Source: Oscillatoria sp. PCC 10802 (GTDB taxonomy: Bacteria; Cyanobacteriota; Cyanobacteriia; Cyanobacteriales; Oscillatoriaceae). Taken from it: a DNA stretch of 64,000 nt. The DNA lies in assembly GCF_000332335.1 (NCBI RefSeq), contig NZ_KB235948.1, positions 4,222,977 to 4,286,976 of the forward strand, given 5' to 3'. The notes below the pieces were generated by a model that made no database searches, had not been told where the DNA came from, and saw nothing but the letters and a program-made list of their open reading frames with translations. Within the stretch, counting starts at the first letter, position 1. Each line of letters starts with the position of its first letter. The position numbers and the translations under genes were made by a program. This document shows positions 48,022-57,901 of the stretch, one piece after another.

Positions 48022-50232
48022 ATGAGTTTAGAGCCAGTTAATCTCCCGCCTCTGGAGGTGTGGGCCGGCGTAGAGTGTACGGTGAACCGCGTTGGCGACG
48101 AATATTTCGACCAGCTGGAGCGAAACGGGCACGCGGCGCGTTTGGATGACCTCGACCGGTTCGCCGAACTGGGCGTCCGCGCCCTGCGCTACCCGGTGCT
48201 GTGGGAGCGCATTGCGCCCGAGGGGCTGGAGAGCGCTGACTGGTCGTGGGCGGACGAGCGCCTGCTGCGCTTGCGCCAGCTGGGCATTCGCCCGATCCTG
48301 GGGCTGCTTCACCACGGCAGCGGCCCGCGCTATACTAGCCTCACCGATCCAGCCTTCCCCCAAAAATTCACCCAGTTCGCCCGGGCGGTTGCGGAGCGCT
48401 ATCCTTGGGTTACAGATTACACCCCGATCAATGAACCGCTGACCACGGCGCGATTCAGCGGGCTGTACGGTCACTGGTACCCCCACGGGCGCGAAGGGCG
48501 AACCTTTGCCCGGGCGCTGCTGGCGCAGTGCCGCGCCACTGTGCTGGCGGTGCGGGCCATCCGCAAGGTCAATCCCGCCGCAAGGCTGGTGCAGACTGAG
48601 GACTTGGGCAAAACCCACAGCACGCCCCCCCTCGCCTATCAGGCAGAGTTTGAGAACGAGCGCCGCTGGCTGAGTTTTGACCTGCTGTGCGGTCGCCTCA
48701 AGCCCGACAGCCCAATGTGGGCTTACCTGCGCTCCAGGGATGTGAGTGAGGCTGAACTCAACTGGTTTCTGGAGAACCCTTGCCCGCCTGACTTGCTCGG
48801 GCTCAACCACTACCTGACGAGCGAGCGCTTTCTGGATGAGCGCTTGGAGCGCTACCCCATTTGGTCGCACGGGGGAAATGGCCAGCACAGCTACGCCGAC
48901 GTGGAAGCGGTGCGCGTCATGGCCGAGGGGCCCGCCGGCCCCCTCGCGCTGATCCCAGAGGCGTGGGAGCGCTACAAGCTGCCGGTGGCGGTGACAGAAG
49001 TCCACGCCGGCTGCACCCGCGAGGAGCAGATGCGCTGGCTGAAAGAAATTTGGGACACCGCACAGAGTCTGCGCCGCCAGGGTGCGGACGTGCGTGCTGT
49101 CACCGCTTGGGCGCTCCTCGGCTCCTACGACTGGAACACTCTGCTGACTCGCGCCGCAGGGCACTACGAGTCCGGCGTCTTTGACGTGCGCGGAGCTCGC
49201 CCCCGCCCCACCGCCCTGGCCAAAATGCTGCGCGACCTGTCGGCGGGGCGAGATCCCAACCACCCCCTTCTCGCCGCGCCCGGGTGGTGGCACCGGCCCG
49301 ACCGGCTGTTCGATTTTGTGCAATCAAAATGTTCGGAAACCGGCTCGCCGCCTGAACATCCAAACTCCAAAATCCCAAATCCAAAACCGGTTCGCCCCCT
49401 GGCGATTGCCGGTGCGGCAGGCACCCTTGGCAGCGCTTTTGCCAGAATGTGCGACAGGCGGGGCATTCCTTACCGCCTGCTGGCGCGCCAAGAGATGGAT
49501 ATTGCTGACCCCGCCTCTGTGGGCAGAGTGCTTGGCGAATTGAATCCCTGGGCGGTTGTCAATGCTGCTGGCTACGTTCGCGTGGACGATGCCGAGCGCT
49601 TTCCCGAAGCGTGCCGGCGCGCCAACACCGAGGGGGCGGCCACGCTCGCTGCAGCTTGCGCTCGTCGCGGCATCGAACTGCTGACGTTCTCCTCAGATTT
49701 AGTATTCGATGGCGCTCACACCACCCCCTACAAAGAAAGCTACGCCGTCGCACCCCTGAGCGTGTACGGGCGCAGCAAGGCGGAAGCGGAGAAGCGCGTC
49801 TTGGAGTCGCTGCCAAAAGCGCTCGTCATTCGCACCAGCGCCTTTTTTGGCCCCTGGGACGAGTACAACTTCGTCACCATTGCCTTGCGAACCCTGGCGT
49901 CTGGGCAGACTTTCGCCGCTGCAGAGGATGCCGTCGTCTCGCCCACTTATGTCCCAGACCTGGTAAATACCAGCCTTGACCTGTTAATTGACGGCGAGTG
50001 CGGCGTGTGGCACCTCGCCAACCCCAGCGAAATCGCCTGGGCTGAACTGGCCCGCCTGGCTGCAAAGCTGGCAAATGTCAGTGCCGGTCGTATCGAACCC
50101 CGCCCGATGCGAGACCTGGGTTTCGCCGCCCCCCGCCCTGCCTACAGCGCTCTCGGCAGCGAGCGCGGCGTGTTGCTTCCCGCCCTCGACAGCGCCCTCT
50201 CCCGATACTTCCACGAGTGCCAGCGATTTTAA
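48022..50232 (+). CDS. fusion protein: glycoside-hydrolase-like (GH1-type TIM barrel) domain + dTDP-4-dehydrorhamnose reductase (RmlD) domain
   Basis: An AAGGAGG RBS lies 8 nt upstream of ATG 48022. The N-terminal part has an ..NEP.. motif. The C-terminal ~290 aa match RmlD, with GAAGTLGSAF Rossmann and YGRSKAEAE (YxxxK). Confidence 0.65.
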   Translation: MSLEPVNLPPLEVWAGVECTVNRVGDEYFDQLERNGHAARLDDLDRFAELGVRALRYPVLWERIAPEGLESADWSWADERLLRLRQLGIRPILGLLHHGSGPRYTSLTDPAFPQKFTQFARAVAERYPWVTDYTPINEPLTTARFSGLYGHWYPHGREGRTFARALLAQCRATVLAVRAIRKVNPAARLVQTEDLGKTHSTPPLAYQAEFENERRWLSFDLLCGRLKPDSPMWAYLRSRDVSEAELNWFLENPCPPDLLGLNHYLTSERFLDERLERYPIWSHGGNGQHSYADVEAVRVMAEGPAGPLALIPEAWERYKLPVAVTEVHAGCTREEQMRWLKEIWDTAQSLRRQGADVRAVTAWALLGSYDWNTLLTRAAGHYESGVFDVRGARPRPTALAKMLRDLSAGRDPNHPLLAAPGWWHRPDRLFDFVQSKCSETGSPPEHPNSKIPNPKPVRPLAIAGAAGTLGSAFARMCDRRGIPYRLLARQEMDIADPASVGRVLGELNPWAVVNAAGYVRVDDAERFPEACRRANTEGAATLAAACARRGIELLTFSSDLVFDGAHTTPYKESYAVAPLSVYGRSKAEAEKRVLESLPKALVIRTSAFFGPWDEYNFVTIALRTLASGQTFAAAEDAVVSPTYVPDLVNTSLDLLIDGECGVWHLANPSEIAWAELARLAAKLANVSAGRIEPRPMRDLGFAAPRPAYSALGSERGVLLPALDSALSRYFHECQRF

Positions 50233-50502
50233 GGGGGAGGGCATAATTATAGCGTTTCTCATATTAGTAAGGTACTGAGAAACCCAGTTTCTTTAAGAAA
50301 CCGGGTTTCTGGGCCGTCCCCTCGTTCCGGGGCTCTGCCTGGGAGCGCTCCTCTGGAGGCTCTGCCTTGAAAAGGTTCGCAGTAGGGCTAATGCCCTACT
50401 GGATCGTCCGCCGCCCGAAGCGAGTTTTCATTGGTGGCGGTGTGCGCAGTTGATCGTGACGGCCTCCTGAATGGCGTTCCGGGGCAGAGCCCCGGAACGA
50501 AG

Positions 50503-50816
50503 TAATTTTCCAATATCCGGAAGAAAGCATATATACAAAACCCGTCTAAAGTCGGGAATTTGTGAAAATTATTTAATCGTAAATTATCTCATTTAGGGTC
50601 AGTCGCCCCCCCAAAATGGCCGTGTTGCCGGGTCTTGGGGTGGAGTGGGAGGGTGCCGGTGCCGGTAATGGCCACAGGCAGGGGCAATTTCACCCCGAAA
50701 AACAGATTTGCCGCACCGGCGCGGTGCCGCCAAGGGGTAAATTTACTAATATCCGGAAGAAAGCATATATACAAAACCCGTCTAAAGTCGGGAATTTGTG
50801 AAAATTATTTAATCGG
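50503..50816. repeat. 69 bp exact direct repeat (50503-50571 and 50748-50816) within an ~850 bp repeat-rich non-coding region
   Basis: AATATCCGGAAGAAAGCATATATACAAAACCCGTCTAAAGTCGGGAATTTGTGAAAATTATTTAATCG occurs twice. The 45 bp TTTTCATTGGTGGCGGTGTGCGCAGTT(G/C)ATCGTGAC(G/T)GCCTCCT occurs at 50423 and 50937. Confidence 0.85.
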
Positions 50817-51085
50817 AAAAGATATCAGCTATGGTCTCTCGTCCTCTCGCGGCCAGAGTGAATAGCGTTCTCAGGCTACTGACGTGAAAATAGTCTTGTA
50901 GGGGCTTGCGCCCCCGTGCCCCGCCCTGGCGACAATTTTCATTGGTGGCGGTGTGCGCAGTTCATCGTGACTGCCTCCTTTCTTCAACAACCAGCATTAT
51001 TAGCCTAACAGCTTAAACTATTAGCTGAAACCTGAAACCTTAACCCTCTCCCTCTTCCTTGGCGCTCCTTCACGGCGGCGGTCCA

Positions 51086-51313
51086 TCAATCTTTAGCTAA
51101 TTCACGAAAGGCGTTGCGGTAGTTTTTGCGGGTTTCCCCAAAGGCTTGCATGGCTGCCTCGAAATCAGGATCGCAAGCAGTGAGTTCGACTCCATTTGCC
51201 GTTTCTCTAACCAAAACAGTGTCTCCCTCGCCAACATTCAGCTTCTGCAAAACCTCTTTAGGCAAAATCACTCCTAAAGAATTGCCAATCCGTCGAATCT
51301 TTGGGGCGTGCAT
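51086..51313 (-). CDS. AbrB/MazE/SpoVT-family DNA-binding protein (antitoxin-like, orphan)
   Basis: The swapped-hairpin motif is IRRIGNSLGVILPKEVLQKLNVGEGDTV. No cognate toxin ORF is adjacent. Confidence 0.65.
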   Translation of the reverse strand: MHAPKIRRIGNSLGVILPKEVLQKLNVGEGDTVLVRETANGVELTACDPDFEAAMQAFGETRKNYRNAFRELAKD

Positions 51314-51587
51314 ACTGAAAATTCTCTTTGTGTTTGCCGGCGGGGAACATGTATAGCAGTAGGCAGTTAGGTTAGGACGTAGGACAGGCGTCGCGCTTAC
51401 GCGCCGCTACGCTAACGCCTGTCCCAGAGACCTTGAGGCTGGGGCGAAGCCGTACCAACGTCTATATCTCGTAGGACAGGCGTTCCCCCCGACCCACTGT
51501 CCTCACTGCAAACCTATTCAGTTTATTTGCCGACTGCAATATACTATTTTAGCTTTTGGAGTTTCGTCTGTCAGCCCCTATTTCCTG

Positions 51588-52667
51588 CTAGCTAACCGCC
51601 GGCACCAGAAGTTTGCCGGCGTAACCGGCACGGCTGTAGCGTTCCAGCACATCTTTTGCCATCTCCCCAGCCTTGCCTTGAGCCACCAAAGCCACACAAG
51701 CGCCCCCGAAACCAGCCCCAGTCAGACGCGCCCCAAAAACTCCGGGAGTTTCTTGCAAAATCCCCACCAGCGCATCCAGCGCCGGCACGGAAACCTCGTA
51801 ATCGTCGCGCAAACTGGCGTGGGAAGCGTTCATCAGCTCGCCGAAGCGCTCAGCCGGCACCCCCCGCACAGCTTCCAGCACCCGGTTATTTTCCGAAACC
51901 ACGTGGCGGGCGCGACGCCGCAGCGGTTCGGGCAGCCCTCCCACAGCTTCAACCCCTGTGATATCTCTGAGCGCTTTCACTCCCAGAAGTCGCGCCGCCT
52001 CCTCGCAGTCAGCGCGGCGCTCGTTGTAGCCGCTGGCTGCTAGGGTGCGGGGTGCGCCGCTATCTATCACCACAACTTCTGCCCCTCTCGGAAAAGGCAG
52101 CACCTGGGATTCCAGCGTGCGGGTGTCGAGAAATAGCATGTGTTCGGTGTCGGCTAAGCTCGACGCCATCTGGTCCATAATGCCGCACTGCACGCCGGCA
52201 TAGTGGATTTCTGCCTGCTGCGCCATCTGGGCGATTTGCACGTCATCGAGAGGCAAATTCAGCAGCGCTCGCAATCCCCTGAGCGTGGCAACTTCCAGCG
52301 CCGCACTGCTAGACAAGCCCGAACCGATCGGCACCGAAGAAGTGACGTAAAGATTCAGGTGCGGGATGGTGTAGCCTTCCCGCTCTAAAATCCGCACGCA
52401 GCCAAATATATAACTCGCGAACCCAGACGGCGTGCGGTCGGTTTCTTCGCTTTCTAAAACCGTCACCTGTTCGTCTAACTGTTCCGAGTAGAAGTGGTGC
52501 AGGGCGTCGGCACTCAAACCCAGCCCCACGGTGGTGTGTTGGGGAATCGCTGTTGGCAGGACAAATCCGTCGCTGTAGTCGGTGTGTTCGCCGAGCAAAT
52601 TCACCCGTCCGGGGGCGCTGGCTTCCGCTTTCGGTGCTGTGCCAAATATTTGCTGAAAGTCGCTCAT
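51588..52667 (-). CDS. galK: galactokinase
   Basis: [12 protein letters not shown] is the galactokinase signature. The GHMP motif is [12 protein letters not shown]. Confidence 0.85.
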   Translation of the reverse strand: MSDFQQIFGTAPKAEASAPGRVNLLGEHTDYSDGFVLPTAIPQHTTVGLGLSADALHHFYSEQLDEQVTVLESEETDRTPSGFASYIFGCVRILEREGYTIPHLNLYVTSSVPIGSGLSSSAALEVATLRGLRALLNLPLDDVQIAQMAQQAEIHYAGVQCGIMDQMASSLADTEHMLFLDTRTLESQVLPFPRGAEVVVIDSGAPRTLAASGYNERRADCEEAARLLGVKALRDITGVEAVGGLPEPLRRRARHVVSENNRVLEAVRGVPAERFGELMNASHASLRDDYEVSVPALDALVGILQETPGVFGARLTGAGFGGACVALVAQGKAGEMAKDVLERYSRAGYAGKLLVPAVS

Positions 52668-53761
52668 AAATGCTCCAAGGGTACAGGTCGCAACCTTCCT
52701 TCTACCTCAACAGTCGGCCAATTTGGGTCGAGGGTGAGATTTTCCAATTTCCCATCTGATAAAATTATAAATGTATCTTCAATTTTAGCTCCCGGCAAAC
52801 TGGGATTCCACGCCACTGCCATGTTTTCTGCCAGGGGGTCACTGGTGAGGGGATTTGCCACAATTTCTCGCGCTAAGTAGCCGGTGGTTCCTCCTTGGTG
52901 GTGTTCCTGAATTGCTTGGAGATAGCCGTGCCGGTGGTAAGCCTGTTCGAGGGCTTCGTAAACGGTATTGAGGGGCGTTTCTGGCTGGCAGACACTCAGG
53001 GCGATAGATTCAATTTCGCGGACGTGCCGGTGCAATTCGGCTTGTTTGTCGGAGAGGGCACCGAATGAGACAAATCGGGTCAGGTTGGCGTACAGTCCAT
53101 ATCCCCGGGCGCAAAACACCAGCATCGCTTCCCGCCCAATCGCCTCTCCCGTTGCGGTGGCGTGCCGGTAAAGGGGCAAGCGCCTCTCACCGGCCACCAG
53201 AGTCAGCGCTGGGTGCAGCCCTCTCGCCCACAGCGCCTGAGCGCCGGCACCGGCAAGCTGCCACTCTGTCCATGCCGGTTTGGCGGCACAGAGGACTTCG
53301 GTCATCGCTTCGCTGGCTAAACGCCCGACTCGCCGGTATCTCTCCAGTTCGCTTGACATTAACACTCTTTTGTGGTAAGAGAGCGAGGGGGGGAGTGGGG
53401 CTTCGTGGCCGGCAGGCCGGTCGCTGAGAATCTTTCCGCCGGCGGCGGCTTCGCGGGCGAAAGACTCGCGGGCGGCGCTATCCGCCCAGGGGTTGACGCC
53501 GAGCTGATAATTTGCGGGCAGCTCTTCATCGAGCAAGCGCTTAGCTTCAATCTCATCGGTGAGCACCCAGGCGTCGCCGGCGGTGACGAGCACTTCCGCT
53601 ATGCCGGTTTCAGCGGTGAGCAGCACGGTGTTGCTTGCGCCCTCCGTCGCCCAGGCGAACCAGTCTGTGCCGCGCAGCCGCACGGCGGTTGCGCCGGTTT
53701 CGCTGAGGGCGCTGCGCATCAATTCCAGTTTGCGGGAAACTTCTTCGCTCAACTGATTCAT
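52664..53761 (-). CDS. M24-family metallopeptidase (Xaa-Pro aminopeptidase/creatinase-like)
   Basis: A creatinase-like N-domain plus pita-bread fold motifs (HGxGH-like HRHGY, E..E ligands). It overlaps galK by 4 nt. Confidence 0.55.
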   Translation of the reverse strand: MNQLSEEVSRKLELMRSALSETGATAVRLRGTDWFAWATEGASNTVLLTAETGIAEVLVTAGDAWVLTDEIEAKRLLDEELPANYQLGVNPWADSAARESFAREAAAGGKILSDRPAGHEAPLPPSLSYHKRVLMSSELERYRRVGRLASEAMTEVLCAAKPAWTEWQLAGAGAQALWARGLHPALTLVAGERRLPLYRHATATGEAIGREAMLVFCARGYGLYANLTRFVSFGALSDKQAELHRHVREIESIALSVCQPETPLNTVYEALEQAYHRHGYLQAIQEHHQGGTTGYLAREIVANPLTSDPLAENMAVAWNPSLPGAKIEDTFIILSDGKLENLTLDPNWPTVEVEGRLRPVPLEHL

Positions 53762-54333
53762 GGAATTTGGCCTGCCTGTTGAGAGCTGTCTTTTAGGAGC
53801 GCCGGCCATTTAAGTCCGGGAGCGGATTGTACTGCGGGAGATAGCGGTTATTAAAGACCAGATAGTAATGTTTATAGCGGTTTCGGTTGGATGAAGTGCC
53901 CCAGAAACCCGGTTTCTTTAAGAAACCGGGTTTCTCAGTACCTCTACGCGGTCGGTGACGGGCAACGCGCGCTTGCAGTTAAATTAACATTATCATCGCG
54001 ACTGAGGAGTTGGAATCTTCCTCTAGGTAGAATTTATGCTCTCTCCGGGCAGCGTGAGGGAGGTAAATAAATGAGTGTGCTAATTAGTTTGCTAATGAGT
54101 GTGCTGGATCTCAGCGCCATCTGACGGGGCTATAAATAGGCCGGCGAAATCATAAAACTCCTTCTGTGAAAAACCTGAGCCAGTTTGATTGGCTCAGGTT
54201 TTCCAACGTATAGCGGTTCTCAGCTGGATGAACTGTGGCCTTTAAAACCCGGAACGGGGCGGAAGGACCCGCCCTACGCTCACCGGGTTTCTCAGTACCT
54301 CACCTCGGATGAAAAACGCTATATCTCTGGGCG

Positions 54334-55176
54334 TCAAGTGTGAAAGGGCACCGCTGCGAGAGGCAGGGAGGCGAAGGGCAACCAAATCCAAGACTGCCAG
54401 CTTGGCGGTGCCGGCAATTCCGGCTCCGTCAACAGTGCGTCTATCCTCTGCGCCAGACGGTTAGGTGGGGCAGTTGCGCTGAATGCAGCGCAGGATATTT
54501 CTGAGGGGAGGTGCGGGTAGCTCGCCACTAAAAGCAGGGATTCCGCGAGCAGGAAGGAATCAATTTCTTGGGCGGCTTTTGCGTCAGCCCGCAGTTCCCG
54601 CAATGTTAGCAGATCCTCCCACAAAGCGTTTGTATTCGGCAGCCAAGCTGTTGTCTGGCGCACCCACCCAAGCCAGAAAAACCAGAAGGTGTCCCGGTAA
54701 TAATAATGGGCTTTTTCGTGCGCTAAAATTGCTTCTAGGTGTTCGCTGTCCAGGCTTTGCAGCAGCCCTTCGCTCAGAACTAATTCTGGCTGCCAGAACC
54801 CTATCTGCGCTGCAAACAGCTCCTCTGCGCTGACAATTCGAGCCGGCGTGTCTTTAATATTTCGCCGGCTGTAGGTGCGGGTTTTTTGGACAGTCTTCCA
54901 TCCCTGACTTGCCAGTTTCAAGAACAAAACTGCTGCCAGCCCTAAAAAGCCCACAGACAGGGAGTAGGTAAACCCTCCTGTCAGCCTCCCTACCATTTGT
55001 CCCTGAGTTCCCATACAAAGGATGGCTAAAGCGGTCATCATCAGCAGGAGCGGGGGAAAAAGAAATAAGGATAGAGTGCGGGAAAATCGTTCGCTCCACG
55101 TGCCGGTGGTCTTCAGGAAGTCCTGTCGCAGAATCCAAGCCAATCCCAGGGCAGCTAGAATCATTATAACATGCAT
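54334..55176 (-). CDS. BlaR1-family M56 membrane metalloprotease (signal transducer)
   Basis: HEKAHYYYRD (HExxH) lies between TM helices. The start codon abuts the blaI-like stop. Confidence 0.7.
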   Translation of the reverse strand: MHVIMILAALGLAWILRQDFLKTTGTWSERFSRTLSLFLFPPLLLMMTALAILCMGTQGQMVGRLTGGFTYSLSVGFLGLAAVLFLKLASQGWKTVQKTRTYSRRNIKDTPARIVSAEELFAAQIGFWQPELVLSEGLLQSLDSEHLEAILAHEKAHYYYRDTFWFFWLGWVRQTTAWLPNTNALWEDLLTLRELRADAKAAQEIDSFLLAESLLLVASYPHLPSEISCAAFSATAPPNRLAQRIDALLTEPELPAPPSWQSWIWLPFASLPLAAVPFHT

Positions 55177-55595
55177 TATTTCTTCTCTCTCTTGCGGCGA
55201 GCGTCGTCAATACGTTGGGCGATAGCTTTTAATTGTTCCAGACTGGCCGAGTCGAGGCTGTCAGCAAATGCCGCCACTACGTCGGGGTTGCTCACTTCCA
55301 GAAATTGGTGCAGCCGGTCGTAAGCTTGGAGGACTTGCGCCTGAGAACGAGTCACCAGAGGTCGCCAGGAGAATGTGCGCTCTGTGCTGTCACAGGCGAG
55401 CCACCCTTTCTCTGTCAGGCGGCGCAGCACTGTGGTAACAGAAGTGTAGGCTAATTCCCGATCTGGGTCAGCCAGAATGCGTTCGTGTACGTCTTTGACT
55501 GTGGCGGAACCGAGATCCCAAACAATGTTCAAAATCTCTGCCTCCAAGGGCCCTAATGAGAGTTTTTTGGGGCGGGGGTTGGGTAGACCAGTCAT
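55176..55595 (-). CDS. BlaI/MecI/CopY-family transcriptional repressor
   Basis: A winged helix (LEAEILNIVWDLGSATVKDVHE...YTSVTTVLRRLTEKGWL) is followed by a C-terminal dimerisation helix. Confidence 0.8.
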   Translation of the reverse strand: MTGLPNPRPKKLSLGPLEAEILNIVWDLGSATVKDVHERILADPDRELAYTSVTTVLRRLTEKGWLACDSTERTFSWRPLVTRSQAQVLQAYDRLHQFLEVSNPDVVAAFADSLDSASLEQLKAIAQRIDDARRKREKK

Positions 55596-56003
55596 AATAC
55601 CTTTATTCTACTACACTGTTGGCGTACTTTATCAAATTCGAGCGGATTTTTAACAGCCCTTTGATAAAGAAATTGTTAAAACCGGCAAGTTCTGGCGCAG
55701 GGAGCATAGGGGCTCTCAGTTTGATGTACTATGGGCCAGAAACCCGGTTTCTTTAAGAAACCGGGTTTCTCAGTACCTCACTAATCTGAGAACCGCTATA
55801 TACTGCGCAGTCGAGACGCCTGTCCCGCAACAGGGGGACAGGCACCGGCTCAAACTCAGACTGTGAAAACCGGCGCAATTCTTAATGTCTGTTTAATAAA
55901 GCCGCTCTCAAACAGCCGCCGGCGAAGTTTGACAGCTTGTCTTTTGACACCGGCACGAGCGCCACTCAGAATTAGGGGCGTTCTCTAAGCTTTTCTGACT
56001 CTG

Positions 56004-57809
56004 ATGTCAAAAATTTTTTGTGACGCTGTAACATTAAATACAGTGCTTCTGGGTGTCACCTTGCTATTGTGCAGCCGCACCGGCGCACAAACGGCTAGCG
56101 CTGTGGAGTTAACTGGCGAGGACACATCCAAGCTTAACACAGTATTGCCGGCGGCTGCCGGTGCCCCCAAAAAAATGTTTGGCCACCCACCGGCAGCAGC
56201 GGCTGCCGGTGCTGGAATTCCAGGCAATAGCCAGCCAAACCGCGAAGCAAACCGGCCACCAGTTTATCCGATTGCCGAGTCCCCTGAGATAGCCCCAAAT
56301 ATTGTACTGCAACCGCTGCAGGAAGACACGGAAAATTTCGCCGCTGCGATGGAGCAAGTGACTTCTGTTTCGCAGCTATCCGACGTTCAGCCGGCGGACT
56401 GGGCCTTTCAAGCGCTGCAAAATCTGGTTGAGCGCTATGGGTGCGTGGCGGGATACCCAGATGGCACCTTTCGGGGAAATCGCGCCATGACTCGTTACGA
56501 ATTTGCTGCCGGTTTAAATGCCTGTCTGGAAACCATTGTTCAGCTGATTGGCAAAACAGACACTTCTGCCCTCGCGACAAAAGAAGACTTAGCCGTCTTG
56601 AACCGGCTGCTGCAGGAATTTCAGACCGAACTCGCCGCACAGCGCGGGCGTGCGGACAGCTTAGAAGCTCGGACTGCAGAGCTAGAAGCCAATCAATTTT
56701 CTGCCACGGCCAAATTAAACGGGCAAGCAATTTTTGCGGTCAATGCCGGCGGGTTCAGAGGCGACCGCATTACCGGCGTTAGGGGCAACGAGATTGCCGG
56801 TGAAGATCCAGGCGTCACCTTTATTCAGCGCATATTTCTGAATTTAAACACCACCTTCAGCGGCAAAGACCGGCTGCAAGTTTTATTAGAAACCGGCAGC
56901 GACACCGGCAGCGATAACGCTGCTGGATTTCTGGAACCCACCTTCGGCAGCGTACTCGATTTTTCTGCCCGACACTCCCCCAACAACAATTTCGGCCTCG
57001 ACCGGCTCAACTATACCTTCTCGCCGGTTAAGAATTTCTCCTTAACGGTCGGGCCGGTGATTGCCGCCATAGATTATGTAGACCGAAATAAATACGCTAA
57101 CTTTACAGCCTTCAACTTTTCCACCCGCGCCCTAGTTAATAATTCCATCCTTCTCCCCATCAATCAATTAGGGGGGGGAGTGGCCTTCAACTGGAAGCTG
57201 GGCGAAGGGCCATTTTCGCTGCGGGGCGTGTACATAGCAGCAGCGGCGTCCGATCCCAACCCCAACCAGCGCCGGTTTGTTGGAGGTGTGTCTCCTCTAG
57301 CCCGACTGCTCTATCCTAACAATACAGGAAAACGGGGATTTTTTGGAGATCCGCACCAAGGCACAGTTGAGCTAGAATACGCCCCCTCCCAAGCTTTCGC
57401 TCTCCGCCTCCAGTACACCCTCGGTACAGTCTTCGATGGCAATTTTAATGTCTTCGGGGCGAATGCAGAACTGGCCCTATCGCCAAAAGTCGCTGTTTTT
57501 GGCCGTTACGGTTATGGCATCTTTGATGGCACTAGCTTTGGGGATCTTAATCCCAATTACTGGATGGCGGGGGTTTCCGTTCAGGATGTTTTTGCCTCAG
57601 GCGCTTTTGCTGGAGTGGCTGTAGGTCAGCCGTTTATTGAGGGCGCAGTGGGGGATGCGACTCAGACGAATATTGAAGGCTTTTACAGTTACCCTGTCAG
57701 CGATAAAATTCGCCTTAAGCCGATAGTCCAAGTCATCACTAACCCAGCCAACCGAGACAGCAATGGCGCGATTGTCACGGGAACTCTAGAGACGATTTTT
57801 TCCTTCTAG
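56004..57809 (+). CDS. SLH-domain / OprB-family carbohydrate-selective porin
   Basis: The SLH motif is FQALQNLVERYGCVAGYPDGTFRGNRAMTRYEFAAGL. A coiled-coil linker is followed by a beta-barrel-like C-terminus ending in F. Confidence 0.75.
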   Translation: MSKIFCDAVTLNTVLLGVTLLLCSRTGAQTASAVELTGEDTSKLNTVLPAAAGAPKKMFGHPPAAAAAGAGIPGNSQPNREANRPPVYPIAESPEIAPNIVLQPLQEDTENFAAAMEQVTSVSQLSDVQPADWAFQALQNLVERYGCVAGYPDGTFRGNRAMTRYEFAAGLNACLETIVQLIGKTDTSALATKEDLAVLNRLLQEFQTELAAQRGRADSLEARTAELEANQFSATAKLNGQAIFAVNAGGFRGDRITGVRGNEIAGEDPGVTFIQRIFLNLNTTFSGKDRLQVLLETGSDTGSDNAAGFLEPTFGSVLDFSARHSPNNNFGLDRLNYTFSPVKNFSLTVGPVIAAIDYVDRNKYANFTAFNFSTRALVNNSILLPINQLGGGVAFNWKLGEGPFSLRGVYIAAAASDPNPNQRRFVGGVSPLARLLYPNNTGKRGFFGDPHQGTVELEYAPSQAFALRLQYTLGTVFDGNFNVFGANAELALSPKVAVFGRYGYGIFDGTSFGDLNPNYWMAGVSVQDVFASGAFAGVAVGQPFIEGAVGDATQTNIEGFYSYPVSDKIRLKPIVQVITNPANRDSNGAIVTGTLETIFSF

Positions 57810-57901
57810 GCTGTTCCGCTTTTAATCGGCTTATTGCAGGAGGCTCTGCCTCCTGAGAAGCGTTCCCAGCCTGAGGCTGGGAACGAGGTATCCCCCCTGT
57901 T

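Noticed and set aside
48028-49323. 431 aa minus-strand ORF
   Set aside because: Antisense to the GH-like/RmlD fusion gene. The translation is Arg/Ala/Gly/Pro-rich.
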